DNA of 64,000 nucleotides from Octopus sinensis (GCF_006345805.1 NC_043019.1:24985360-25049359); one strand, 5' to 3'; positions 1 to 14,558 are shown, counted from the stretch's first letter. Made by a program: numbers and translations. Notes: generated by a model not told the origin, from the letters alone.

Positions 1-23
1 ATAATGACTTTATTCTAATTACG

Positions 24-92
<69 letters not shown>

Positions 93-95
<3 letters not shown>

Positions 96-246
96 GAAAT
101 TTACAGAGAAACAAAAGACGAAGATGTGTATAAACAACAAACAGGTGTATTAGTTTGACGCTCGGGAACGGGAGAAAGTCTTTTACCTTTCGAGCCTACG
201 CTCTTCGACAGAAAGGAACAGGAGGAAACAATCAGAGAGAGAATGA
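93..246 (-). mobile_element. Short dispersed unit (family A, probable PLE pseudo-LTR) with degenerate hammerhead motif at 180-215
   Basis: Shares AAAAGACGAAGA..ACAACAAACAG.TGTATTAGT..ACGCTC with units at ~6994, ~27545, ~33951 and ~39480. Minus strand reads CUUU CUGUCGA A GAGC-GUAG-GCUC GAAA GGU A AAAG. (TA)n on both sides. Confidence 0.65.
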
Positions 247-268
247 ATATATATATATATATTATATA

Positions 269-325
<57 letters not shown>

Positions 326-680
326 ATATGTATATATATATCATATGCAAAATTCATTTGAATCAAGGTCCTTTAGTATTAAGGACGCTAAGCGAGAATT
401 GAGATCTGCGCATGCGCGTATATGCCCTATACAAAAACACCAGTATTTACCCATGAATATAGACATATTCATAAACTTGCTCATACATGTTCATGCATAC
501 ACATATACACCCATGCATATAAATATACATGTAGATGCAATGATATACTCATGCGCACCGACATGCAGTTTCAGAATTCAATGCAAGCTCCAGATCCAAG
601 ATAGGGAAGGTTCCAGGAATTTCAGAGCTTAATGCAGAGACGTTCATATATGAAATCACATATGTATAAAATAAGAACAA

Positions 681-718
<38 letters not shown>

Positions 719-1574
719 AGAAAGGTTCATTACAGCTAATTTCTTCAAGTGAATTAAAAATTTTAAATTTGGTTCGCAGAGAAAAATATCAAGACGCGGA
801 ATGCGGATTTCCCGCTCGTTTCGGCAATAATGAAGAGATATTGAAATGAGGTGAGATCAATCTACATTCAACAATTTGGGGTTTTTCACTCCGAACTAAA
901 TTTTTAATTTTTAATTCACATAAAGAAAATGTTTTTTTGTGTTTGTTTTTGTTTTTTTTTTCTCAAGATTCAATCCAATTATTCATCAATAAGAAAAAAC
1001 GCGTCTGAAACAGCTGTAGAGAACCTTTAACCCATTTGTGTTCTTATCTTATATAGGTGTGTGTGCGTGTGTTTCCTTCTTTGCATTTCTTTGCATTAAG
1101 ATCTAAAATGTATAATCTTCTCTACCCTGATGACGGACACTCATCTTATCCAATGTTGATTGTATCAATTACGGTCACATATTGTGATAAACCACATCTA
1201 CCAACATTATTATGGATCTCCGAGCCCCCAGAAACAGCTCTTTTACTTATAACACCTGTCTTGCACGCCTTAAATTTTGTCTGTCGTCTGTACTCTGTGT
1301 AAGTTGAAACCTATTAATATAAACATCTAGATATTTATACTTAAAAATTCATCGTCTGAAAGTCTCCACCCTTTGCTTTCTCTCGTTTTGCGTGAATACG
1401 TATTTTATATTTCATATCCAAACTATTATATATTTTTAATATATTTAATGTTTTAATATATATGATGCATCTAATTTATTTATCTGCATAATTTCTTATG
1501 TGTGTGTCTGTGTATGTGTGTGTTGTGTGTGTGTATATGTGTATATATGTATGTATGTATATATATATATATAT

Positions 1575-2615
<1,041 letters not shown>

Positions 2616-4229
2616 AGACAGAGAGTTGTTTATTTTTATGTCAAGTTATAGATAAACTGAAGTACTATTCACTACTTTTTAGTAGAGTCCATGTTTATTA
2701 AACTTTTGCAAGGAAAAGGTTGACAGTGACTTCGAAGTTTCGGCTTGCTCGCCTTCGTTACATACATATATAGATATACATACCAGTGTGTGTGTGCGTG
2801 TGTGGAGGTGTGTCTGTATTTGTATGTATATGTGTGTATATATGTATATACACCTATCACCTTTTTTTCATTATTATTGGGAAAGACAACAACAAAAAAA
2901 AAAAGATTCATAAATGGATTCTTCAATTATTTTGTTTTTCTTTAGTTTTTAGAGAAGATTATAGATTGTTTCATTCGACTGAAACGTATTAGCAGTGGCT
3001 TATCTGCCTTTATATAAGTACGATTAAGATAATTCTATGTGGCCTCCACTGGAGATATCAGCTTATAATACATATATATTAGATAGAAATGCAACCAAAC
3101 CTTAGCTGTGAGAGTGAAAAAGAGAGAGAGAGATGAGAAGTGGTGGGGATAGTGAGGTATAAAGCGATAGAAACTTGGAAGGAGAGAGTCAGTAAGAATA
3201 TAGAATATATAATTTCAATTTTCGATTTATTCAACGGAATTCAAAATAAGATTCTGAGAATTACAAATAGATCTGACATTGGTACCAGGCTAGGAATTTG
3301 TAGTGGGAGAGCGTCATCATTTTAGCCGAATCCATTACTTTATTGGTTCAAATTTAATCGAATTCAAAGTGATAAAACAAATATAATCTATCCCTGTCAC
3401 CCTTGATGGAATTTGAACTCAGAACATTAGTGTTCATAACTAAGTGAGCGATCAGTCTGTTGCTCTACCATTTATGCTACTCTCTTTTGACATAGAAGGA
3501 TTTCTGACTTCACTAAAAGTCGTAGAATAGAAAAGACGGGAGTACCATCAAATTACTTTTACTTGGTATTAATTTTATCGGCGGTGAATTGTCGAAGCGT
3601 CGAACAAAACGCCTTTCGGTATCTCGACTCTTTACGTTCTGAGTTCTTCCAGCAGGTGTCAACTTTGCTTTTCTTCTTTCCGGATTCACTAAAAGAAAAT
3701 ACTAATTCAGCACTGGACATCCTTACTCCTTCAAAATGACTGGCTTTATAGCTAAATCAGAAACTATTAGTTTTATTGACTCTGATGGTATGTCAGAGGT
3801 AAGCATGGCTTCGACCGAAGACCAAAAGAAAGAAGCATTAATAAGGACTCCACTGTACATTAATAAGGACTCCACTCATCCTCACACAGTTATAAAATAA
3901 CATAAGGAGACGAATGTGCGATACCTCATCAGATCAGAGCAAAATTAATAGTGTTTTCACATTTCAATTAAGCCTTAGAAATAGTTGGTTTCTATTATTA
4001 CTGGCGTATTTTGCTACTGAACTAGCTGCTTCTTTTTTAATCTTGAGAATAAGAGTTTCGCAAAACAATAAAGAAAACAACTTAATTACAAAATCAAAAT
4101 TAAAAGTCCGTAATGAAATTTTAAAATTAAGCCAAACTCGAAAATATTAGCCTGTAGTGTGTACACATACACTCTTATAAACAAATGTAGTTACATAATC
4201 AGATTCATATACATAAGGATATATATTCA

Positions 4230-4420
4230 TACAAAACATACAAATGCGAACATACGTTGGTGTGTAGAAACATATATGGTGACTGTTGGTTTGTTCTCGT
4301 GTATAACCACATTGTATGCCTCTTCGTCGTGGGTCGTCATGGTGATGAACGCATATGGCAGTATGACAAGACTAAGTCTCCACACGCTAAACAACGAGGT
4401 TACGTCAATGAAAGACAGCC
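4230..4420 (-). mobile_element. Possible PLE reverse transcriptase relic
   Basis: Minus frame SFIDVTSLFS resembles the Penelope RT motif SFDVTSLFT. The rest is degenerate. Confidence 0.3.
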
Positions 4421-4443
4421 GCATACATACATACATACATACA

Positions 4444-4477
<34 letters not shown>

Positions 4478-4887
4478 CTCTATCCAGATTACAAGTTCAG
4501 GTTTATACCAGTAATTATCGGGGCGCTGGGATATGTAACACACTGCCTAAATACCAATCTTGAGTAATTAGGCTTCTCAAAATCAGAAAGGAGAAAGCTA
4601 ATTCGAAGACTACAGATCCAATCCATCACTGGAACTGTAAAAACCTGTAAAACTTTCCAGAAGTTTATCATTTAATATGTCTAGATATGCAACTATATAC
4701 ATGAGAATACATACATAAAACATACAAATCTGCACATATACATTCATACATATACATACATACATACATACATACATACAAAAATACCCTGTTGTTGATG
4801 TTTAAGTTCCAATTAAGGAGCCTTGGATCTAGGTTAGAAACCGGTTCTTTCTCTATTGGCAAGAAATCTTGAAATAAACTGAATAAT
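4478..4887 (+). mobile_element. 3' end of an RLE-type (R4/Dong-like) non-LTR retrotransposon with 3' UTR
   Basis: Frame reads LYPDYKFRFIPVIIGALGYVTHCLNTNLE*LGFSKSERRKLIRRLQIQSITGTVKTCKTFQKFII* (stop at 4673-4675), the typical restriction-like endonuclease tail. Homologous relics at ~51400-51740 and ~54500-54680. Confidence 0.75.
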
Positions 4888-5215
4888 GGCATACATACAC
4901 AAACGCACATACAAGACTGCCACATCTCACGTTTTAATTCCATGACTTGTCATATTTTTTTTAATTTGAGCGACAGCGTAAGATGCTCAATATGTACTTT
5001 GTGTTAGGGCTGTATGCAACCTCGTATTTTATATAAAATATAAGCTGTTTACATGTTTTAAGTGACGAAACAATTTGTCGTGAAATTAGAATTTTCTTAT
5101 TGTTGAATAAAATTTCATCAAACTATTTCTCTGTCATTTATAACTTCATGTATATATAAATAAATACCCCTCCAAATTTTTTACGTATATGTGTGTGTGT
5201 GTGTGCGTGTGTGTA

Positions 5216-5252
<37 letters not shown>

Positions 5253-5310
5253 CTTTACTACCCACAAGGGGCTAAACATAGAGAGGACAAACAAGGACAT
5301 ATATATGTAT

Positions 5311-6275
5311 ATAACAAAATAATAAATAAAACATATGCTTATATACATACATATATGTACGTACCTACATCTATATGTATATATACATGCATATATGGGT
5401 ACAGGACACCAAAAATACGTCGAACACAATGAGAAACGAAAACATAAACACAAAACCAAGGAAATGGACATTTTTCTTAAACAACGAAAAAAAGAGAGTA
5501 CAAGACATACAACACAAAGGAACATTCCCCTTCTTCAGCCGCCTCTGTTTCATCTACTCCGCGTTCGAAGGTAAAGGCGAGACACGACTTCGTTGAAACT
5601 GTCCTTCCCGCAAAAGCAAATTAAATAAAATTTGAGATTTTTTGAGGAGAGGTAAAAATGGTAACAAAACCAAAACAGTAAAAACAATACAAAATATAAA
5701 CAGTAAAAGGCAGGACAAGGAGAAGAACAGTAACACGAACATTGAGGGCTGTTAAGCCAGAACGAATGAAAACATATTTGAACGCTTTTGAAGACAGCGA
5801 GAGAGACAAGGAAAGCCGTCCACACTTGAAAGAAACCAGGTCAGAAAAACAGTAGTAGCCTTCTCGTCGCGTGTCCGCGACGGGAGGGAGGAGGAGGAGT
5901 AAGAGAAAGGGAGAGAAAAATGGGAAGGGTTGTAGAGAAACCAGAAAGAATGGATAATGAGAGAGAAAGAGAGGGACAGTAAGGTAGAAGAAAAGGAAAC
6001 CAGAAAGAATGAAGAATGAGAGAGGGAGTGGGACAGAAAGGTTAAGAGTGCGCATCATTATTAATATTAAGATAAAACTTACTTTAGAAGTGGATGCGTG
6101 CGTTCTATCATATAATAACAAAATAATAAATAAAACATATGCATATATACACACATATATGTACGAACCTACATCTATATGTATATATACATGCCTATAT
6201 GGGTACAGGACACCAAAGAAAACGTCCAACACAATGAGAAACGGAAACATAACACAAAACCAAGGAAATGGACAT
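5311..6275. mobile_element. Composite element bounded by 161-bp direct repeats (5311-5471 and 6115-6275)
   Basis: Both repeats run ATAACAAAATAATAAATAAAACATATGC...CAAAACCAAGGAAATGGACAT. The interior matches the 38720-38920 region in reverse (AAATTTTATTTAATTTGCTTT-GCGGGA). Confidence 0.5.
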
Positions 6276-6688
6276 ATTGAATATCTGTTCATCCGTGAAT
6301 AATCTGGATATCCTGTTCCGCTTGGTTAGATCCGCGACTCACGTATTTTAAGTTTTCGTTTGGCTTATGGAACGGTTCGAACCTTCTATTGTTGAGGATA
6401 AGCTTTACGTCTCGGAATTTTACCTCTCTATGATGTTTTCTATTTCTCTTTCTAATCCGAAGTTTTTCTTACATTTTCTATTTCTATGTTACTAGTTTTT
6501 TTTGTGAATAATGCGTCGTCTCTAAATAATCCCCCACTCCGGGGTTCGGGAGCCAAGATTCTATTAGCGATGATAAGTATATTTCTATATATATATATAT
6601 ACATATGTGTGTGTGTATGCGTGTGTATGTATGTATTATGTGCACAGATGTATGGTACATATAATGTATATATAATATCATATAGTAA

Positions 6689-6903
6689 TGGTTTCAAATT
6701 TTGACACAAGGCCAGTAGTTTCAAAAGAGGGGGATGAGTAGATTACATCAACCCCAGTATTCAACTGGTACTTATGTTATCGACGCCAAAATGATGAAAG
6801 GCAAAGTCGACCTCTGTGGGATTTCAACTCAGAACGGAAAGACAGACGAAATACCACTAAGCATTTTACCCGACGCGCTAACGATTCTGCCAGCTCGCGC
6901 CTT
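6689..6903 (-). mobile_element. tRNA-derived SINE, Meta-like central domain
   Basis: Reverse complement matches the head GGCG.GAGCTGGCAGAATCGTTAGC and the GAGGTCGACTTTGCCTTTCATC core of the 18754 copy. Confidence 0.8.
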
Positions 6904-6910
6904 ACTCTGT

Positions 6911-6993
6911 TATATTATATTATATTATATTATATTATATTATATTATATTATATTATATTATATTATATTATATTATATTATATTATATTAT
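6911..6993. repeat. (TATAT)n pentanucleotide microsatellite
   Basis: Directly visible. Confidence 0.95.
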
Positions 6994-7135
6994 GAGAAGA
7001 ATTCACAAAAAAAAACAAAAGACGAAGACAGGTGGTGTAGACAACAAACAGATGTATTAGTATAACGCTCGGGAAGTGAAGGAGTCTAATGTTTCGAGCC
7101 TACGCTCTTCTACAGAAAGAAACAAGGAGAGAAAA
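6994..7135 (-). mobile_element. Family A unit with degenerate hammerhead motif at 7084-7119
   Basis: Minus strand reads CUGUAGA A GAGC-GUAG-GCUC GAAAC AUU. Abuts (TATAT)n. Confidence 0.65.
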
Positions 7136-7189
7136 TGTTGAAATATGTATTATAGTCTTCATTTTTATTAAGGCTTTTTCGTATTTTAG

Positions 7190-7640
7190 TATGACTTCCA
7201 ATGCAGTTTGTTCAGCAGAGAAACATTCTTAATTCCATCACGAACATTTCTAAGCTTCTACGGTTTTATCTTCTAGATAAAGCAATGTTGTCATGCATTG
7301 GTGCCTCTTTGTAGTCAGAAGGTTCAATGTAATTTATGTACGCACCTACATTGCCTTCAGTGATGAGCTTTTTGGCCTTTACATTTAAAAGTTATTGGTA
7401 AAGTTTCTTGTGTTAATCTTTGTTGAATGTATGTTATGCGTGTATTTATTTTAGCATTGTGTTCTACAATGAATATTGGTTCCTTTATTCCTCTATTTTT
7501 GCGGCGATTCTCCGTAGGACACGTGTGTTCTTTACAAATGATTTCCTTTACAGATTTCTTTTTTGTTGTATTATAGTTCAATGCATTTCTCATCGTTGGA
7601 TATTGTTCCCGATAAGACATTATGTAAATGCCATACGGCC
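7190..7640 (-). mobile_element. Decayed RTE-like RT fragment
   Basis: Broken frames give IEDKTVEALEMF-like text typical of the RTE RT thumb. Many stops. Confidence 0.3.
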
Positions 7641-8009
7641 AATATAACAGTAGGAGTCACGAAGTTTGCAACCTTTTCAAGTTTACACTCAAATTTGTAA
7701 ATTACATTGGTCATTAATCGCTTGTTTGCGATGCTCATTGCCCCCCTTCCCCCTGCTTCGTTATATTATATATCTAACGTACAAGGATATACACATTTCC
7801 ATATAAGTTCAGGCATTTATTTGCCACTTCGGTAGAGGAAGAGAGAGAGAGAGAGACATGATATTATTTTCCACCTGAACGTTTAGGACGAACAATGAAG
7901 CCATTTTAAGAATTTTCTTTGTGTCCACAATGTATCTGCAAGCGTGGCTCTGTGGTAAGAAGTTTTCATTTCAACCACAGGATTTTAGTTTCACTCCCAT
8001 TGCGTATAG

Positions 8010-8250
8010 TAAATAATGTGTGTGTGTGTGTTTGTGTATGTTTTTGCGCTTATATATGTCTGCAAGCACCGCTTGACAACCGGTGTTGGCTCGTTAACGT
8101 CCGCCTAAGTTATTGGTTCTTCAATAAAAGAGACGGAGAGAAAAGTACCATACTTGAAAAATCTTTAATACTACGATCATTCTGTTCGACTAAAAGCGTT
8201 CAAGAAGGTGCCCCAGCATGGCCGCAGTCGAATGACTGAAACAAATAAAG
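8010..8250 (+). mobile_element. 3' half of CORE-type SINE
   Basis: GCTTGACAACCG..GGT...GCCCCAGCATGGCCGCAGTC.AATGACTGAAACAAATAAA matches the tail of the 35576 copy. Confidence 0.75.
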
Positions 8251-8269
8251 GATTTACCTTCAAGGTGTT

Positions 8270-8700
8270 CCTTTTATTTTTCGACGTTTTGCTCTGTATT
8301 TTTGGTAACGAGGATATCATCCACATGACGTATATCGCAGGAATGTTCTCTTCTGTTTCGTTTACCAAATATTGCTTCACCCAACCTCCTTGTTACAAGC
8401 ATCATTACTTTATATACACGTTGAAATACAGACAATGAGTGAGCGCTAGATATGCTCAGTACAGAAAACGCGTAAAAGGGTAAAGACCCTCTTCTGTCGT
8501 GAAGAACCATGGAATTGCACCTAGAAAGTTCCCCTCCGAGGCAAAAGTCCGGGTAAGGTTATTTATGAAAGACCAGCAGTTGTCTATGCATTCTGGCCTT
8601 TCCTCTCCTCGCTACCAATGTTATCCTAGGGAAAGGCAAAGGTCGACAGTGCTTGGCACCAGTGACGTCGCAACTTATTTCTACAGCTCAGGTGAACTAA
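8270..8700 (-). mobile_element. PLE reverse transcriptase fragment
   Basis: Minus frames give VATSLVPSTVDL (resembles DVTSLFTNVPVDL) and DIRHVDDILV (resembles LRYVDDIL). Confidence 0.55.
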
Positions 8701-8961
8701 TGCTACGTAAAATAAAATGTCTTGATCAAGAATACAACACAGAGCCCGGTTCGGGAATCGAACTCGCAGCTACATGATCGGGATCCCGCTGCTCTAACCA
8801 CTGAGTCATGAATTGAACTTAAACTCCGAATTCTTCATCCGGAACTAGGTCCACTACGTCAAGAGTAGCTATAAGAGAAATCCAAACGAGCTGATATGCT
8901 CGAGCTGATAAGCGTTCAAACTGACACAAGTAGACTTGACGCATATATACATAGATAGAGT

Positions 8962-9347
8962 GGAGGCGCAATGGCCCAGTGGTTAGGGCAGCGGACTTGC
9001 GGTCGTAGGATCGCGGTTTCGATTCTCAGACCGGGCGTTGTGAGTGTTTATTGAGCGAAAACACCTAAAGCTCCACGAGGCTCCGGCAGGGGATGGTGGT
9101 GATCCCTGCTGTACTCTTTCACCACAACTTTCTCTCACTCTTACTTCCTGTTTCTGTTGTACCTGTATTTCAAAGGGCCGGCCTTGTCACTCTCTGTGTC
9201 ACGCTGAATATCCCCGAGAACTACGTTAAGGGTACACGTGTCTTTGGAGTGCTCAGCCACTTACACGTTAATTTCACGAGCAGGCTGTTCCGTTGATTCG
9301 GATCAACCGGAACCCTCATCGTCGTAACCGACGGAGTGCTTCCACAC
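8962..9347 (+). mobile_element. Young tRNA-derived SINE (family 1) with 13-bp TSD
   Basis: A box TGGCCCAGTGG and B-box-like GTTTCGATTC. TSD ACATAGATAGAGT at 8949-8961 and 9348-9360. Near-identical to the 21975 and 36223 copies. Confidence 0.9.
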
Positions 9348-9463
9348 ACATAGATAGAGTCAATACGCATCAACATGAATAGCAATATGCTGATGTGTGT
9401 TGACGTGACTACAAGCACTAATGTTTTATGACTGTCCTTTTCCCAAATTTTGGCCATCCTACG

Positions 9464-9593
9464 CCCAAAGAGACTTGCCCAAAGAGACTTGCCCAAAGAG
9501 ACTTGCCCAAAGAGACTTGCCCAAAGTGCCACGCGGTGGGACTGAAACCGGAACCATGGGGTCAGGAAGTAAGTTTCTTACCAAACAGCCACG
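9464..9593 (-). mobile_element. Head of CORE-type SINE with an internal 14-bp tandem amplification
   Basis: Reverse reads GCGTGGCTGTTTGGTAAG...GTCCCACCGCGTGGCACTTTGGGCAAGT. CCCAAAGAGACTTG occurs 4.5 times at 9464-9526. Confidence 0.8.
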
Positions 9594-10381
9594 CATAAAA
9601 AATACAGAATACTAAGAAGAGAATACATTGTTTCATAAATGCAGGTTTTTTCTTCCAATTCTTCACACTGAGAATTACATCTGTGGAACTATTTTCAATG
9701 TCTTTATGCTATAAAATTAATGAGTGCGTGCGTGTGTATGCGTGTGAGTATGCGTGCGTGCGTGTATGTGTCTGCGTGTGTATGCGTGTATGTGTGCGTG
9801 CGTGTATGTGTGTGTGTGTGCGAAACTTGTAAAATAATTTTTTTTATTTAAAACTTAGCTTCATTAATTTCAGAAATGTCCTATATAAACATTAAGTACT
9901 TAATCCTCCGTAACAGATCATCTCCGTTGGCCTTGACTAGAGTGCTCAAAGTGTCTAACAGCAACAGCATCAGCACCAGTAGTAGTAGTAGTAGTAGCAG
10001 CAGCAGTACTAGTAGTTGCTGTTGCTGTTGTTTCTGCTGTTTAAGTGTTGTTCCTTGCAATGAGTTTGATACATTCAGTTGTGATATGGAAATCCATTCG
10101 CATCCTCACACCCACCACCACCATCACCATCACCATCGCCACCTCCACCCCGCCCCCTTCTCAGTCTCTTCAAATACAGGCGACGTGGCACCCCATATCA
10201 GGTTCACTCTAATCCCATACCTAGACTATCATCCATTTCTGGGTTACAATAGAAAACTGATATCTTACTAAATTTAAACTCGAAAGAACACTCAGACGTC
10301 TTAATTAGAATCAGTTCTATGCATGTGTGTGTGTGTGTCTGTCGATATATATAGAATGTATTTGTATGTGTGTATGTGTGT

Positions 10382-10489
<108 letters not shown>

Positions 10490-11799
10490 GTATGTATGTA
10501 TATAATATGTATGGATGGATGGATGCAGATGTGTGTTTGTGTGTGTGTGTGTGTATGCTTTTATAAGTATGTATGTAGGGTTGTCTGCATGTGTTTATTT
10601 ATGGAATTGTGGATGGATTAATAGATGGATGCAAGCATGCATGGACATACAGCTGGACAAATAGACGTGTAGGTAAGAGAGAGAGAGACTGAGTGTGCTC
10701 GATACTGCATGTAAAATGAGATCATTTCTTAAAAGCTGAATCTTAACGAAGTTTTACTCTGAGTTTCTGAGTGGCCCCATTTAGTGGTTATTGATCAGTC
10801 CCCCCAGCTTCTCACTCCTCTTATTACCTTCCCGTCCTCAACTGCAACTACAATAGTGTTTATACTGGTAAAGAGTTTTAAAATTTCAAAACACAATTTC
10901 AGAGGCAAAAAAGAACTTCTAGAACAAATTTTCCCCCGTTACAAGAGCAAAATATGGGGCTTCTTTGGTCTGTGTTAACTATACATCTTTCTCAGTAAAA
11001 TTCAATATACCTACCATTATAGATAATACCAAATGTTCCTTTTCGGACTTTTCATAATGTGATACAGGTCTTTGGTATAGCAATTGCATGCGACTGAAGA
11101 GAGCTTTAAACCATCTGTTATGTCGATTATACATTGATGTAAGAATAGGTTGTTGTATAAAGCTTGAAACACGCAACCGCGATATCCTTTGTGTTCTGTT
11201 TTTTATTTCATTTGATACATATATCCTCTCACCTCTGCTACTAGCTGGCATATACAGGTGCTTACATTTATCAAGTATTCACCCTGAATTTATTATACAT
11301 CTACACATGTATATGCAGGCATAGGTGAGATTTTTAAGAGGACTAGGAATTGTGTCCCCTCCCAACGCCACCGATGTCTGTCCAAGAGAAATGCCGTTGG
11401 CTTATGCTGACACAACTTGGCACTAAAGTCATGTCATACGTTATTATCAGACCCGAAGAAGTCGGAATAAATACCACAAGGCATCTCAAACAATTCCATA
11501 AAAGATCCACCAATCCATTCGTATGTTTTTGCCGACCCTGGTAGGATGAAAGGCGAAGCTGACTTCAGTGTAATTTAAAAGCGGAGTGCAGGGATTAGAG
11601 CGAATACTGCGCTAGCACTCCAGCAACTCTGGCAATGTGTTCATTTGATGGAAGCTAAAAATCAAGCACCTCACAATCAAAGCAAACAACAATAATAGTA
11701 GAACCTCATTCAAGAGTATACAACGGAGTTTTCCCAACATTTACGAAGTATGATGGATGTGTAGCTTCTCTGACGATGACCAGAAAATAAAAACGTATT

Positions 11800-13747
11800 G
11801 TAATAATGATGTGTTTTATTTGCCACTAGGGTGATGAATGAAGGACTTCGCTAACATGATGAGGTGCTAACATGAAATCGACAATAGAAAAATAAATAAA
11901 TCGGTGTCGAAAACAAAATTATGCAAAAGTCAAGGAATGCGATGTCCCAAGGGTGGAACAGCCATCTAGAATCATACAGGAACCCCCGCAGATACAAAAT
12001 AAACTTGAATACCCAGAACAAGTACTCACTCCAACCTGTGATCTGTGGATTAACAGGGTCCACGAATGAGGACAGATCTAATCACCCGATCCCTTCTTGT
12101 GGCTCTCACATTTCAGTGAATTCTCAAGCGGACAGCATCACTCTCCACACCCTCTCACCTTCTTTTCCGAACATAACTTGAAATTAATGAAGGTTTGACA
12201 GAAGAGTATAGTGACTATATATAGGGCCTCCAAAAACTTCTCCAGCTTTCAATCAATCTCTTTGGTCGCTGCCAACAGAGAAATACTTTCTGCTCTTCCT
12301 GCGCAAAGAAATGTTGCTGGTAACATCCATTTTAATACACGACGACAGTTGTTTAGAATAGCTTTCCAAGTCAGCAGTGCTCGGGTATTGAACGTGTGCA
12401 TGCAGAATGGTTTCATTGCACTTCGCACAAACCCTGCAGACGAAGTTACCATACTTATTAAGCTTATGTCAAATTGACAAAATAATTCGGCAACGCTGCC
12501 AGGCCAAAGATTTCCAGAAGCTGTCCATAGATCCTAGTTCTAAAGACTTCAAGAATAGGATGCTAGTTGCTCTTCATCGACGCTCAGTGCCTCCCCAAGA
12601 ACGTGGTTGATTCTGATCCACTATTGACCTGCTATAAAATGAAGCTAACCTCCCACTGTTCTTGTTACCTTATTGGCAGAGAACTATGAGAGTATGACAA
12701 TTTTACAAATGTCAGATGGCCAATATTAGTCTTTGCTTGGTCCAGGTTTGCAGCTCTGTCAAAGAGACGATCAACGGGAGAACTTTCCGAACAAAGAGTG
12801 ACCATACTTCACTGTTCAAGAAGTTCTTAGATACCACACTCTCACCAAATATCAGCGCATTCTCGATATAGCTCTCCACTCCCACCCACCCACGAAGACG
12901 GTGTTGGCAACAGGTGGATCTTTTGACTAGTAGAACTCATCCCTTGCTCATAAGACTAAAGATCAGAGGATTAAGTTGTATGTGTTCGCTATTCTCGAAA
13001 TTTCAGGAATAGCTTCTCCTTAAACGATTCCTCTGTTCTAATTTATATGCATTGGATCCAGCAACCTACAACGTCGACCAACATCGACTCAGACCTCAGC
13101 ACAGCCCTGGCAAATACGAGTTACTGTCACCATCTCGTATTTCTTCAGTATGGTGCTAAACCTCTCGATATCCTAGATGCCTTGCACAGACGGGGGCTGG
13201 TGCAGCCTTTCTATATCTCTGTTCGGGAGAGTTTCCCCCAATGCTTCAAGCTTCTGCGGTAATGACCGAAGGAGCAATGAAAGAGGGTAAACTTGACAGA
13301 CAGAGCGTGTGATTCGAAGAGTGACTATTTGATCTGACCACTGAAGATTAAAGTGAGACAACCTTTGAAAAGGAACCGAAACTAACTTCACTGTGGCGAG
13401 CACTGACAGTCGACACTATCGAAAGCTTTTGATTGATCCACGTGAATCAGAGTTTCACCCAAGTCGGGTTTCAATTGCTCTCTGTATAATGTGTCACATG
13501 AGGTGGTGGTTGTCGAGGGCGGCTCTACCCGGAATCGAACAAGCCCTGCGTGTTTCCGATCACATTACCGATGACAAGCATTCATATCTCCATAAGTACC
13601 TTGGCAAACGTCTTAGGCTCTGTCTTCAGCAGAGTTGAGGCCGGAAACTGCTGACGTTTCCCTTAATCGCGTTGATTTTTCCCTTATTCCCTGCTTAACA
13701 CATTTGGAAATGTTCCCATTCTGTTTTCCGTGTGTAATAGATATTTG

Positions 13748-13817
<70 letters not shown>

Positions 13818-14480
13818 AGTGAAAATATCTGTTACGTATCCATAAAGCTTTCTGGGTCAGTCCAATGAAATCAGACGATTTTCCACACATACAACCACTC
13901 ACTGCACACCGTATTTCAGCTGCAGTTATTCGCTTTTCACAACATTTCCTATTTTCTGATAAGAACGGTGGCGAGTAATAGCGGTGGATAGTAAGGTTCA
14001 TTGACTCCGGTTCACCACAACCCACAAACAGTCAAACGAATTGTTTAAGAAAAAGACATACCTCAGTCTGCCGTCGATCGCATGATGCTGGCATAGTCCA
14101 TCAAAGCCTAAACTGTGGATTTATTACCACGTCATATCTCTGCCATCCGATACCATCGAATGGTTTTTTCATTCCATGTCTAAAAGCACATCATTAGCTT
14201 CTAGTCTCCCACTACCAATAAAGATCCAAACGTTCCTGAGAATTATTCCAAACGCCTGAAGGAGACTTGCTCCTCCATCCTAGTCAAAGAATAAGCGATC
14301 GTTGAGGGCATAAGCGGTTATTAATTTGAACGCCTTCGCTGCCTTTCACAACCAGGACCACCAGCTTTGCCATCTAGATCCAGAAAGTCCCTACCTCAAA
14401 ATCGAAACCTTTCCCAAACAACGCTGCCACCGTATTTCCTGATTCAGGCTATCTAAGACACGCATACACCTTGAATCTAA
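11800..14480 (-). mobile_element. Decayed Tx1/L1-clade LINE ORF2 (endonuclease, RT, C-terminal zinc knuckle) with 3' UTR
   Basis: Minus frames give AFKLITAYAL (endonuclease), ITAAEIRCAVSGCMCGKS (linker), LIHVDQSKAFDSVD (RT) and CAKCNETILHAHVQYPSTADL (CCHC-like). AATAAA near 11815. Many stops, internal deletions and a (GA)n insertion at ~13752-13816. Confidence 0.75.
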
Positions 14481-14558
14481 CAAAGATGATGATATTAATA
14501 ATAATAATAATAATAATATAATAATAATAATGATAATAATAATAACAACAACAACAAC

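Noticed and set aside
407-419. TGCGCATGCGC NRF1-type site
   Set aside because: Isolated motif among repeats with no CpG island or gene start nearby.
1125-1145. CTGATGA-CGGAC hammerhead-like start (also 32886-32910 and near 58348)
   Set aside because: No closing stem followed by GAAA, so not counted as ribozymes.
3836-3876. 19-bp direct repeat with a 22-bp period
   Set aside because: A small local duplication with no element between the copies.
8962-9035. tRNA-like sequence (also near 21979 and 36540)
   Set aside because: SINE heads with A and B boxes but no complete cloverleaf, followed by SINE body and TSDs.
11034-11137. Possible minus-strand exon ending in ATG|GTAGGT
   Set aside because: Weak acceptor, no recognisable product, and RMQLLY may be an RLE-LINE scrap.
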